DNA of 64,000 nucleotides, taken from positions 186,001-250,000 of the forward strand of contig NW_026937303.1 in NCBI RefSeq assembly GCF_032062105.1, read 5' to 3'. A program made the position numbers and the translations under genes. Shown piece by piece: positions 26,944 to 37,990 of the stretch (positions are counted from its first letter, which is position 1; each line of letters begins with the position of its first letter). The notes under the pieces were generated by a model, which saw nothing but the letters and a program-made list of their open reading frames with translations, searched no databases and had not been told where the DNA came from. The stretch is from Saccostrea cucullata. Taxonomy: Eukaryota.

Positions 26944-28363
26944 TCAGGCAACTGTTGTTTTTGTTGTCTTTTGTGTAATACTGTTTTTGTTCTTTGTGTC
27001 CTTCTGTCTACCAAACACACGGTTTACTATGTTCATTAGCATGACAAACACTTCCTTCCGAAATAAAATGTAGATCCACGGGTCTATCACGGAGTTTGTC
27101 ACACCCATCCTCAGAAAAATAAGTTCTGTTTTACCCTGTCCGGCGGTATAAAATGTAGCATGCTGGAATACGTTCACCTGTATAAATCAATATAATAATA
27201 CTTCATATCAGCTTATTAATTAATACAACAACTAACTAAGTTTAAAATATGAAAAGAGGAACACGCTATTTTACTAGAAAAAAGAAGCTCAAAATGATAA
27301 ACAGTTATCAACCTTATAATTGTTTCTATATCGTCTTTAAACAATTGAAAATCTCAAGAAATTAGTCATAGGATGCAATAGGAACATTACGATTTTTTTG
27401 TACGTGTAAAAGAAATTTCAATCAGAACTTTAACAGATGTGATAATACATTTCAGATACAGTTAACATTTTACTAGCACTGGCTAAGATTGTCAAAGGAA
27501 ATTATTCTCACCATGAGCGGAGCCCAACAGGAAGTAAAGACTGTCACAATCATCAAAAGAAAGAGGAGAATCGGAAGGTCATTCCTGTTGCTCTTGGCAA
27601 CAGCTTTCTTAAATTTATTTTTAATGAAGAAGACGATCACAAGAAAGTTAATTAGCACAGTCAAAATAACAACCACTGCCCCAGTTGTGGCATAGACGTA
27701 GGAGTAAATCACCTTTGCTTTTGACGACATGTCAATAAAATCCAGGAAACACCAAGAACCCGGATAATAGTTCTTACTGGCGCCTAATCCATACAAATGT
27801 AGTGAACTGATGATTCCGGAGAGTAGCCACACACATCCCAGCATAACCATAGCTCGACGCTCCTTTGTTGGCGTGTTGTAAAGAAAGGGAAAGAATATTG
27901 CAAAGAAGCGGTCAAACGACATGCAACAGACGATCATAGCTGACGACATTAATGTGAACATGAACACAAAGCCCAGGTAATCACACAGAGGTTTAGGAAA
28001 CGTGTACTCGAAATTCGAAATATAGCGGTACTCCGCAAACGGATATGATGCTAGTATCCCTCCGCCATCAGATATAGCTAGTCCACACACAAGTCTGTAG
28101 AACGGGCGCCATTTGTGATTCTTCGCAGAATAGTACAAAACAAATAGAGCTATGGCGTTTCCAACAACTCCAAAACTGAACAGAAGAGTAACAGGTGCGA
28201 TGTTTTCATAGACATGTTTGGCGGTAGTAAGATTTTGTATGGTGGAAGTCAGATTTTGTGTGGTAGAGAGAAAAGGATATGAAGTGGTAGTTCCATCAAA
28301 TTTTAAAAATGATTCCACAGTTTTGTTTTTACCTTGAGCATCCCGTATACTTATATTACCCAT
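26944..28363 (-). CDS. Prostanoid (EP4-like) receptor, paralog 5 (361 aa)
   Basis: First ATG at 28363 (the ORF-track GTG at 28384 is not used). Exon 1 28363-27512 (PLM|GTGAG); exon 2 27177-26944 (CAG|VNVFQHAT...RMGVTNSVIDPWIYI). Closest to paralog 4. Confidence 0.92.
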
Positions 28364-29424
28364 AGAAACAAGGCTTTCCCTCACGGTACTTTGAACTTAA
28401 AAGCAACAACAACTCACTGTTAGCTCTTTGTGTCAGGGTAATTGAAAGGACAGATGAAGCCATCCTTTTTAGGTGGTCCTTTTATATACATTGTGCAATG
28501 TGAACCTTGGTCCTTGGTGTCTTGAGTACCCTATCGATCTCAAAACTTAATTTTCGTCAATATATACGATTTTACAATTTTGTACAAAAATGCGGAAGTT
28601 TGCTAACAATAATCCCTTAATTAACTTTTGAATACAATTCAATGACGTTGGGATTTTATTTTCCAATGTGATTAGTAAATTATAATTCAAAATTTTTTAA
28701 TTGTCATCTTGATATTTAGTGATTTAACAAGAGTTCAACATTTTAATAAACTATATAAATACTAACAGCTGGTTAGCTTCTGGTTCAAGCTTTTCTTGTA
28801 TCCCAAGCAATACATTAAGTCTCGACAGTATCAACAAATTAGAAAAGTTCCTGCATCGTCATTTCCTTGCAGATCCAATCTAAACAGATAGTAATTGATT
28901 TTAATGCATTGTACATCCCGAAGAAACTCCCTTCTGATATGAGCAGGTTGACACAAGGTGATTGGAAAATCAAAAACCAGAACTTTACAAACTAAATACG
29001 AATAATCTGATAGATTTTCTTTTCCAAAAACACGCGTTTTCATAAAATTTTCACTAAAACTGTCGGTAACAGTACTCAAAACATTAATACAGACTGACTC
29101 ATATATGAGGATCAAAGGACAGCTTCAAGAAACTTTTAGAAAAATACAATATCAAGATATTTTACCAAAAGCAATACACTTGTATATCAAAACGTACCTC
29201 TTTTCAACAATTGTACACCATCATTCCTCTCCATGAAAGCTTTTAGACAACACATACAAATGCTTTATAAGTGCAAGTAGAACTCGTGTATTTAATTACC
29301 TTGTTATTGATCATTTCCAATTATTTTGTTCCAAAGCATTCTGATTCTGCATACAAGAACTCCAAAGTTGATATTTAAAAGATGTTTGCTTCGTCGACTT
29401 ACAATATCATCTTAATTTTCCAAC

Positions 29425-29938
29425 ATAAAATATATTGAGATAACGAACAGTTTTCAAGATCAAAAAATCCATTAAACAATACAAAATTGGAGCAGAGCAA
29501 ACACGGACCTCCAAAACATCAGAGGTGGGAACTGGTGCCATGGAGGAGTGAGCATCCCCTGCCGACCGGTAACACCCACTATGTTCTCATTGTCATGATC
29601 TAAAAATAAAGTAAGAATCGGTCGACAATTCTTTGTGTAAATAATGGCCTCATAATTAGTATAAAAACGTCAGTCAGCATTTGACTTAATGATATTTGCT
29701 GACAAGAACATTGTATCAACCATAAAACTTGCGAAATGATGATTTTTCCGTTATTTCCCATTCATGACTATGAGCACACGGTGAGTGTGACCGTTCGGCA
29801 GGGGATGCTCACTTTTCATTGGGACCTGATCTCACCTCTGATGTTTCTTAGGTCCCTGTTTATTTTGCTCCTATTTTGTATTTATTTATAGAAGCTCGAA
29901 AACTGTTATATATTTCCATTTCTCCATATATTTCATAT
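29425..29938. mobile_element. Two Penelope-like 3' tails fused in inverted orientation
   Basis: A minus-strand tail (~29425-29742) is joined directly to a plus-strand tail (~29743-29938). Both carry the caggggatgctcac...cacctctgatgttt motif. Confidence 0.75.
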
Positions 29939-30982
29939 GATACAAAGAAATTGTTTATGTCTAGGAATGATTTATTCTTATCACAAAAGTTGGTCCAGAG
30001 TGATTATAGCAACTTTTGTTATAACTCTTATTAGAATGAATTATGTATCTTGGGATAATATACTATTTCCTTTCTTTTAAATTTCTTAAAGAATACGTAC
30101 ATAATGAAATTTTAGCTATAAAAGTGAAAACTTTCCTTTTGTTGCAAATTAATTAAAACGATTGTTAAAAGCTGAATTAACGTGTTAAGCTTAACTAAGT
30201 GTTCAAGTAGTAGGTGTTCACAAGATAACTGTACAGTATTATCAATAAAACCAGGAAGATTGAATATGGAGATAACGAAGGTAATCCAAGCTCAGAGATA
30301 TAGCAAGAACAAATTCAGTTTAATCTTTTGATCCGTTCCAAAAACCGCATGTATGCTGTAAAGAAGATTTTTATAGTTTGTAATCGATACGCTCAGTACT
30401 CAAATATTTTTCAATTTATTAAAAACTATGCAGGATGGAACCCAAGACATGAATTAATAGCTTATCTATGTCAGTTTACTGCACAACATTCAAAGGATAA
30501 TCCTGTCGTAACGCTCTAGATATTCTAATTGTGCACAGTGTATTTGTCTTCCTTCTTGTCTTATAGTTTTTCAGTTCAACAAAGGAAATCATCAAATTTG
30601 AGCTGTTCGCCTTACAGGGCCTGGTCCTCGGTCTTAAGTGCTGAGACAAGTATCCTCATTATATAATCAAGAATTCAATGTATAACGTATACTCTTAGCA
30701 GTATTTTGTTTTTATAATTTCAAAATTGGTATCATATTTATACTGATACACAAAAGAAAAGCAACAAGAAGTTATCTACAAATGTTTGATTTTTTATCTA
30801 ATGATTTTCAAAAATGAACACAGTAAGGTAAAAACTGAAATCATAAAAACGCTTGTCATTGGGGAAAAAAAATTAGCTTTCAAATTTAATTTTATCATGC
30901 GAACGTGATAACATTAATCAAAATGAAAAGCCACTTCCATAAAATCATACAATGTTGAAAAGGTTTATTTATTATGCACACA

Positions 30983-33206
30983 TCATCCTTTGTATACCCC
31001 GCCGTCATCTGATAATTTAGTGCTAGGAGTACGGTTTGATGCTGACGTTTTGCTTGTATCGGCGGTTCCTGACATTCCCGATAATTCGTGGCGGATTTCG
31101 AATTTCTTCCCGACCAAACGTTCCATGCCACCCAATAAAAGAAGGAGAACCTCTTTCCGGAAAAGAATATATATCCATGGATCTACCACAGAATTTGTGA
31201 CGCCCATGCGCAGCAGATTCAGTTCCGTTTTACCCTCGCCATCAGTGGCACCGGAAGCATGCTGAAGTATGTTTACCTGAATTATCAAAGAATACTTTAA
31301 GTTTTAGTACCTAATAATTATTCATCTTCGCTAGCCAAGGGTTTCTGATACGCTACTCTGAGGAGAGTAGCGTATCAGAAACCCTTGGTTAGCGAAGATG
31401 AATAATTATAAACATTACACGTTTTGATGATGTGAAAACCTGATTTGCAGTTAATAGCTAAAATGTATTATTTCGTTAATCTTAGTTTAACTATTCATCA
31501 GGTCGTATTCTATGCCAATATTTAGATATTAGTGTTTATACTAATTCTGACCTCGTCTAATTGATCGATACATGGAACTCATTTGATGGAGATGCTTACT
31601 CTTTCTGGTCACCCGATCCCATCCCTAGTATTTTCCTATGCTCTGTGTTTTATGCCTTATTTGTCCTCTTTAAAGTTTATTTTTAGATCCATTACTGCTT
31701 GCTATCTTATTCTATTTTAATGAATTTCTTCTTTAACTTTAAGGAGGCTGGTGGGTCAACAAATTAATCCCAAATTAACCACCAGATTTAATTAATTTTT
31801 TTTAGATACGGTATCTTTAGCTGTCAACAATCATTTGGCAAAGAAAAAATTTATATATCTTAATTTTAAAATTTGGTCTTTTTGTATATCTTTATATGGA
31901 AAGGCGTAAAAATGGCTGCCACCCCCTAGCCTCGTTAAATTAAAGAAAAAGGCGTGAAGAAACGCTCTTCATGTAATTATTTTTAAAAATGTATGCTGTG
32001 CCATGGTAAATGGGGGAGATTCACAGAATTGATTTAATTATCAGAATTTCAATTATGCATGTTAGAAAAAAATTTCATATTCTTCTGAAACTTAAGAATT
32101 GAATTATAATGATTTCATTTGTACAGTATATAAAAACCGATGAAAGAGAAAAAAAAAGAAAAGTGATAGATCGAAAAAAATTTGCAAAGAATGCAAATCT
32201 TTAAACAGAACATAAAACACAGGCCCTCGGAAATTCCAGAGCTGAGATTAATTGTCTAGGAGGAGTAAGCATCACCTGTTGACCGTCACACATGTTGTTA
32301 GCCCTATGTATTGATCAAGTAGACGGGACATTTCAAAAATAATTTTAGTATCTTTTATTTCTAGCTATATATATGCACTATCTTTAATATATCGCTAGAA
32401 AAAGAAGCAGAATTTCTTACCATAAGAGGTGCCCAGCAAGACGTGAACACTGTGACGATGGTTAGGAGGAATACAATCACGTGCAGATCTCGTTTTCTGC
32501 TTCTTTTCCTTTGGACGATTCTGTTTCTGACGAAGAAGAACACAACTAACATGTTGATAATGATAGTTAGAAAAACAACTATAACACCGGTTATGGCATA
32601 TATGTAAGAATATATTATGTTCTCTCTTGCCTTTGGATTATTTTTTAACTCAATAAAGTTCAGAAAACACCAAGACCCTGGGTAAACATTTTTGCTTGAT
32701 CCAAAGCCATACAGGTGAAGACTGCATAGAATTCCGGATAAACACCATACAACCCCGAGTGTGATGTTAGTTCGGAGTTCCTTCTGCGGAGAATTGTAAA
32801 GGAATGGATAGAAAGTTGCAAAGAAGCGGTCAAACGACATACAACACACGATCATGGCAGACGACATCAGAGTGAACATGAACACAAAGCCTAGGTAATC
32901 ACACAATGGCTTCGGAAAAGTATAGTTAAATTTAGATATGTAACGGTACTCTGCAAAGGGGTAGGAAGCTAGAATCCCTCCACCATCGGAGATAGCAAGC
33001 CCACAGACAAATCTGTAAAATGGACGCCACTTGTGAGTTTTAGCTGAGCAGCACAAAACTGTAAGAGCAATTGCGTTTCCAACTACTCCAAATATAAACA
33101 GAAGAGTCACAGGGGCTGCATTTTCATAAACATGTGTTGTCGTAATTGTCGGCATTGTGGTAATGTTCTTTGAAAATTCAAAAGTGGTCATATTTTCGCT
33201 TTTCAT
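30983..33206 (-). CDS. Prostanoid (EP4-like) receptor, paralog 6 (359 aa)
   Basis: Exon 1 33206-32421 (PLM|GTAAG); exon 2 31276-30983 (CAG|VNILQHAS...RMGVTNSVVDPWIYI). Ser/Thr-rich C-terminal tail. Confidence 0.93.
31314..31409. mobile_element. Near-perfect 96-bp hairpin (80-bp palindromic MITE with an 8-bp ATAATTAT duplication)
   Basis: ATAATTAT-TCATCTTCGCTAGCCAAGGGTTTCTGATACGCTACTCT-gagg-AGAGTAGCGTATCAGAAACCCTTGGTTAGCGAAGATGA-ATAATTAT, with one mismatch in the stem. Confidence 0.85.
31743..31934. mobile_element. Short degenerate Kolobok-type MITE
   Basis: TTAA|GGAGGCTGGTGGGT ... ACCCCCTAGCCTCG|TTAA, with imperfect TIRs. Confidence 0.45.
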
Positions 33207-34265
33207 GATGTTTCTCTAGACGGGGATCTACTAACAATACGGGATACACATTCACTTGTCCCGGTAAAAGTATTATCAGCTCTTTTTGAAATGATAACGA
33301 GGTATAAAAGGAAATAGCGGGTATTGAAACAGCGAATGATATGTGATACCGGTTCACAAGGTGTTTACAGTTGACTTTGTGGAGATTCAAATAATTTCCT
33401 TTGTTTGGGCTTAATCTAAAATCATACCAATGTTAGCATAGTATCGGATGATTAGAAAGATGACACAACCCCAAAATATATATTGTTACTTTGAAATCGA
33501 AAGTAGTAAGATGAAAGCTTTCAACATTATGTCATTTTGTAAGTTTTCCTTATTTTAACTGCCCTTTAGTGTTGATTTTAGTAGGAAGTTTTGCGAATGT
33601 TAACTTATGTATCTAGGACAGGGACAATACGTAATGATAAGCCAAAATGAGGAAACTTTATAAACGCTTACTTGACACCTCCCGTTTTTCTCATTATAAT
33701 TTGCGATGAACTACATCTTCAAGTGTGATTTCTTTTATTTATATTAATTACCTTAAAGTTTGCTTTAAAGGATGGTGAAATCAGCTGAGGCATTTTTCAG
33801 ATGTAGCTTTATAGTTTTAATTTTCAATATGAAAAGATGTATACAATTTGGGGGAAAGATGTTTTTTTTTGTTTTTTCTGGTAGTGGTAAATTAAATTTA
33901 GAATAAGATTAAGTTGATAAAAATATACATGTCAATTTTACTTTCATAGCAATATTTTTGTATAGTTAAGCGGACCACTAAGATGACAAAGCTTGGTGGT
34001 TAGAGACATTTTTTTCGTAAATGAAGTGTTTAATCCTACTTTGGGCACTTGATGATGTGTTTTGTTTTTCTATATGGTTCTTTATCTGCATTGTTTTGGT
34101 ACATTAAGCTGAACATTCCAACTTTACTGAGTCCGTTTCAAGTAGGAAGTTAAACTTGTGTGGAATGTTATTCCATCTGGATAGAGTTTTTAAAACTCTT
34201 TACTGCTTAGCACAGCATCGAAGAAATGTGTATAAGCAGAAGAGAATAAGAGTAAGATGGCTTAA

Positions 34266-34706
34266 GGCTGAACACGACTCATAAATAGGCATACGCCATT
34301 TTCGATGGCATTATCTACGATACATCAACACTAGGGTATACTCATCGCATTCGTTACACCTGACCGCTTTATTGTCACGGGTATCGGCGTGGAATGGCGA
34401 CCCGTGTTCGTGCTGGTTATCTTGCATTACCTTTGTTTATATTTTATTGCAGTTACGTTTATCTGTGTTGTTTATATACTGCACTGACTTATACAACTAT
34501 AATGGTACATTTATTTGGTATCTTATTTTCCTGCATTAGACGAAGTATTTCGTTATTATTCTGTATAGCATACGTCCGTCTACACCGGTGTCGACTGATT
34601 ACACTGAACAGTGACTAAGTCCTGTCCTATTCATAGGGGTCTGCAGAGTAGCGAATCTCGGGAACAAAAATGGTGGACAGATTCCTTTTACGAATCCTGT
34701 TCAGCT
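34266..34706. mobile_element. Non-autonomous Kolobok-type DNA transposon
   Basis: TTAA|GGCTGAACACGACTCATAAA ... TTTACGAATCCTGTTCAGCT|TTAA. Confidence 0.7.
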
Positions 34707-35430
34707 TTAAGGAAGATTTAACTACATAAAAATTATACAAAGAAAATGTTAAAGCATCCTACATGGACAGAGGAGAAATGCGACTTGTTTTGGAGATTTT
34801 CTAAGTCAGTAAAATACTAATTATCAACTCCGTTGCGTAGTGTTTTGTTTACTTACAGACATTGAGTAATTATTATATAATACGCAAAGACTTTTATAAA
34901 GATTTACAAAACGTACTAGTATTTTGCTGTTACAAATTTCCGAAATAATGGTTATCAATTGTAGATCCTGTAAAATTCCAACAATTTTAAAAATATTAAT
35001 CGTATGGTATTTTTTTTTTTCAAAACGAATAGCATCATTCATTTGTATGTTGATTCGATAAATCGTGGTAAACTTGACGTAAAGCTACTACAAAGTCTAC
35101 CACATCAGCTTAATATTTGCATGTTTTATCAACTAAGATATTAATATCCAACTAACAACAGAATAATATGACGGTCCGCAGGGGCTGTTCGCTCCTTCAT
35201 GGCACCTGATCCCATCTATGAAGTTTTGGAGGTCCTTGTTTGCTTTGCTCCTATATTGAATACTGTTCGTTATCTTCATATGTAACATTTTTGAAGAAAA
35301 TTTTCATATTTTATCACAAATATAAATTTTTTATCCATATGTATTGAAAAACTGCTGAATCACGCCGGATATGGTTATATTTCACTGAACACAGTTATAT
35401 TCCCTCGCGTGTAATCATTCTGTATATTAA

Positions 35431-36560
35431 GGACAGATGATACAGACAAAAAACGGATGCCTGGATTGGTATATTTTTTGGTCTTATTTCATTGAAAATG
35501 ATGTAAAAAATATTTTTCTAGAATATGTTTTAGGATGCGACCGGTGGGGCGAGCGCAGTTGTACCATCAAAACACTTGAAAAAATTGATCAGCCACTTTG
35601 AACGTCAAGCCGTACGAGACATCTCGACTACCTGTGACGTCATACGACGTCACAAAGCTCGTCGGAGCTTACGGAGACAGCCGAGCGTCTGTTTGAAACT
35701 ATAGAACTAGTGCAATTTTTGTCGAAAAACATTGCAGAGTTATTTTTTGTTTCTTTGAAAGATTTCTACAAACTGAAAGCCTGTTATATATGCTTTACGT
35801 TATTATTTATTTATTTATTCGCGCAAAGGACATTGGGTAGTGCAGGAATTCTGGGAATGTTTCACAACAAAATTTGCAATCGGCAATCCTCGGCTGACTC
35901 CGCTACGCTCCATTCAAACCTCGGATGTGATTAGTGGAGGAATACGCATCAAATCCTTACATTTCTTCGCCGGAAACTGCCTTATCACGCATTTCATAGT
36001 TCGCTCTGCATAACGTTCTTTGAAAATGTTTCTTAATTTGTGCAATTCTTTATCGTAAACAGGTTTTGATTACAACCTCATGTACGTAGGCTTTGAAAGC
36101 TAGAACAAACTGTTGAGAGCGCCACACAATAACTCCGATCTCAAATGTATGACACTTGAATGAAATTCAAATAAGATCACATGACTGAAACAGCAAGATG
36201 GAAGATCACCGTTGACGTCCGAGGTTATGTGCAAGGTACGAGTCATCCGAGGAAATCCGAGTGCAAAATTTGCTTGACGTATGTACAATTTCGAATTTCC
36301 TCTGTTCTTACACGTTAGTCTATTGAGCTCGCGACGCTCGCTATAAAGAAATTGTAAACCTTCTATGATGTTCAAAATTCTACCTCTCTGAAACCATCCC
36401 TATTAATCTATACAAATATTTTTCACTTCAAATCCCATTTTTGTGAGAATTTGAATAAAAATTGAAAAACTACGCAGTTAAACTTATTCATTTTACTCAT
36501 TTAAACATGATTCAAGTTGTTAGTTTCAAATTTTTTAACAAAAGTTTGTATCATCTGTCC
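35431..36560. mobile_element. Non-autonomous Kolobok-type DNA transposon (1130 bp)
   Basis: TTAA|GGACAGATGATACAGAC ... GTTTGTATCATCTGTCC|TTAA (17-bp TIR, 1 mismatch). CpG-richer interior. Confidence 0.8.
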
Positions 36561-36589
36561 TTAATGAAGTTGGAATTCGAAATTCACAG

Positions 36590-36760
36590 AGGCAGTTGCT
36601 AAGCAAATTGTTAATTTGAATTCTGAGGAATTAGATAATCTAATTGAGGCGAAAAACTCCTTAAATACAACAAAAGTTATTAACACATATGTCAGTATAC
36701 TGAAAACATTCTGCAATGAAGCAGGACAGGATATTTCGGAATTATACTCGTCCATTATTA
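36590..36760 (+). pseudogene. Possible Crypton/DUF3504-like protein N-terminal fragment
   Basis: NLNSEELDNLIEAKNSLNTTKVINTYVSILKTFC resembles, from recall only, the S-EEL..L...KNS.NT...T...V..F motif at the N-terminus of animal Crypton-type tyrosine recombinase proteins. No catalytic domain seen. Confidence 0.35.
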
Positions 36761-37990
36761 TTGAACTAACAGTACTAGTACCACGAATCACATTTTTATT
36801 TAACAATTAAAAATGCTTTTTTTTCAGACATGTACATGCACATAGTACTCTTCAATTGATATATTCGACGATCAATTTGGGTTCCATGTTTTAAGATGTT
36901 ATATATCATATATTACATGGCTGAATTCTCGGGCAGCTGCCCTCGAAGCAATGAAATATATGTACATGTATAAGGTTTCATGACAAACGAGACAATGCAA
37001 GCCTCAGTCATCATGCAGTCTTATATATCATCAATTTGCTATCATTTGCTTTAATTTTGATCCGTATTTCTCAAATTTGATTTGGTGAACAAATGAATGC
37101 TCTGAGTTTGAAACGCAACTTAAAAAAGAGTGTAACATGGTTTACAATTTACAACAATCTTGTATTTTGCAAATTATGTGGTAATTTCAATGGTCTTTTT
37201 TGCAGCCTATTGTTGGTCTGGTATTGACTGATTTAGAAATACATCATTCTAATTAATTGCAAGGCCTTTGTTTTGTACCCATTTTGGCTATATTTAACTC
37301 TGTTAACCTGATCAATACAAAATGCACCTACGTCAGGCGTGACCAGTAAAAGCAAAGCGGAAAGCTTACTCCTCCTAAGTACATGTACCTAATCCCATCT
37401 CTTTGTTTTCAATGGTCAGTATTTTATACCAATCAATTTGGGTTGCTTCAGGATTTATGGGATTTATCGATGTTCACCTTTTTCATTCAGAAGAAAACAC
37501 TTTATGTTAAAATTGATTGCTTTTTAAAAGCATTTTTTCATGCTTTTAGCTTGTCTTTAAAGAGAACTTATTATTTTTCGTTGTACAAGTTTTTACCTCG
37601 ATTAAAATATAAATATTGATCATATTATCAACGTCAAAACAAAGAAAGATTGCATCAATGATAATCACGAATCATGTGATAAATATAATTATAAAATTCT
37701 TGTTAGCAGAAATAGGTTTTCAAAACTTCTTGGCAAAAAACATAATAAAAAACCCTAAGAATTAAGTGTCCATTAAAGAGAGCCTGAATAATCTAATCTT
37801 GGTCAAGAACAGAAGCACCGAAATATACTTGTCGACAGTGGCAATCCCTTTTTTGTTCAAAACAATGCGATGCTGTTAAACTCTTTTATTTATATTTTAA
37901 TCATATCTATGCTCTATATCAATATCGTTATGCAAATATAACTATTATGACAATATTTAAATTTGAATGTTTCGGCCGATTGAGTACTTA

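Noticed and set aside
28364-28384. GTG start for receptor 5 (likewise the TTG start at 54311 for Kir B)
   Set aside because: Eukaryotic genes with in-frame ATGs a few codons downstream (28363 and 54341).
35830-36375. THAP/transposase remnant inside the Kolobok-type element
   Set aside because: Only a vague Cys/Trp/His-Phe spacing across broken frames; not supportable without a profile search.
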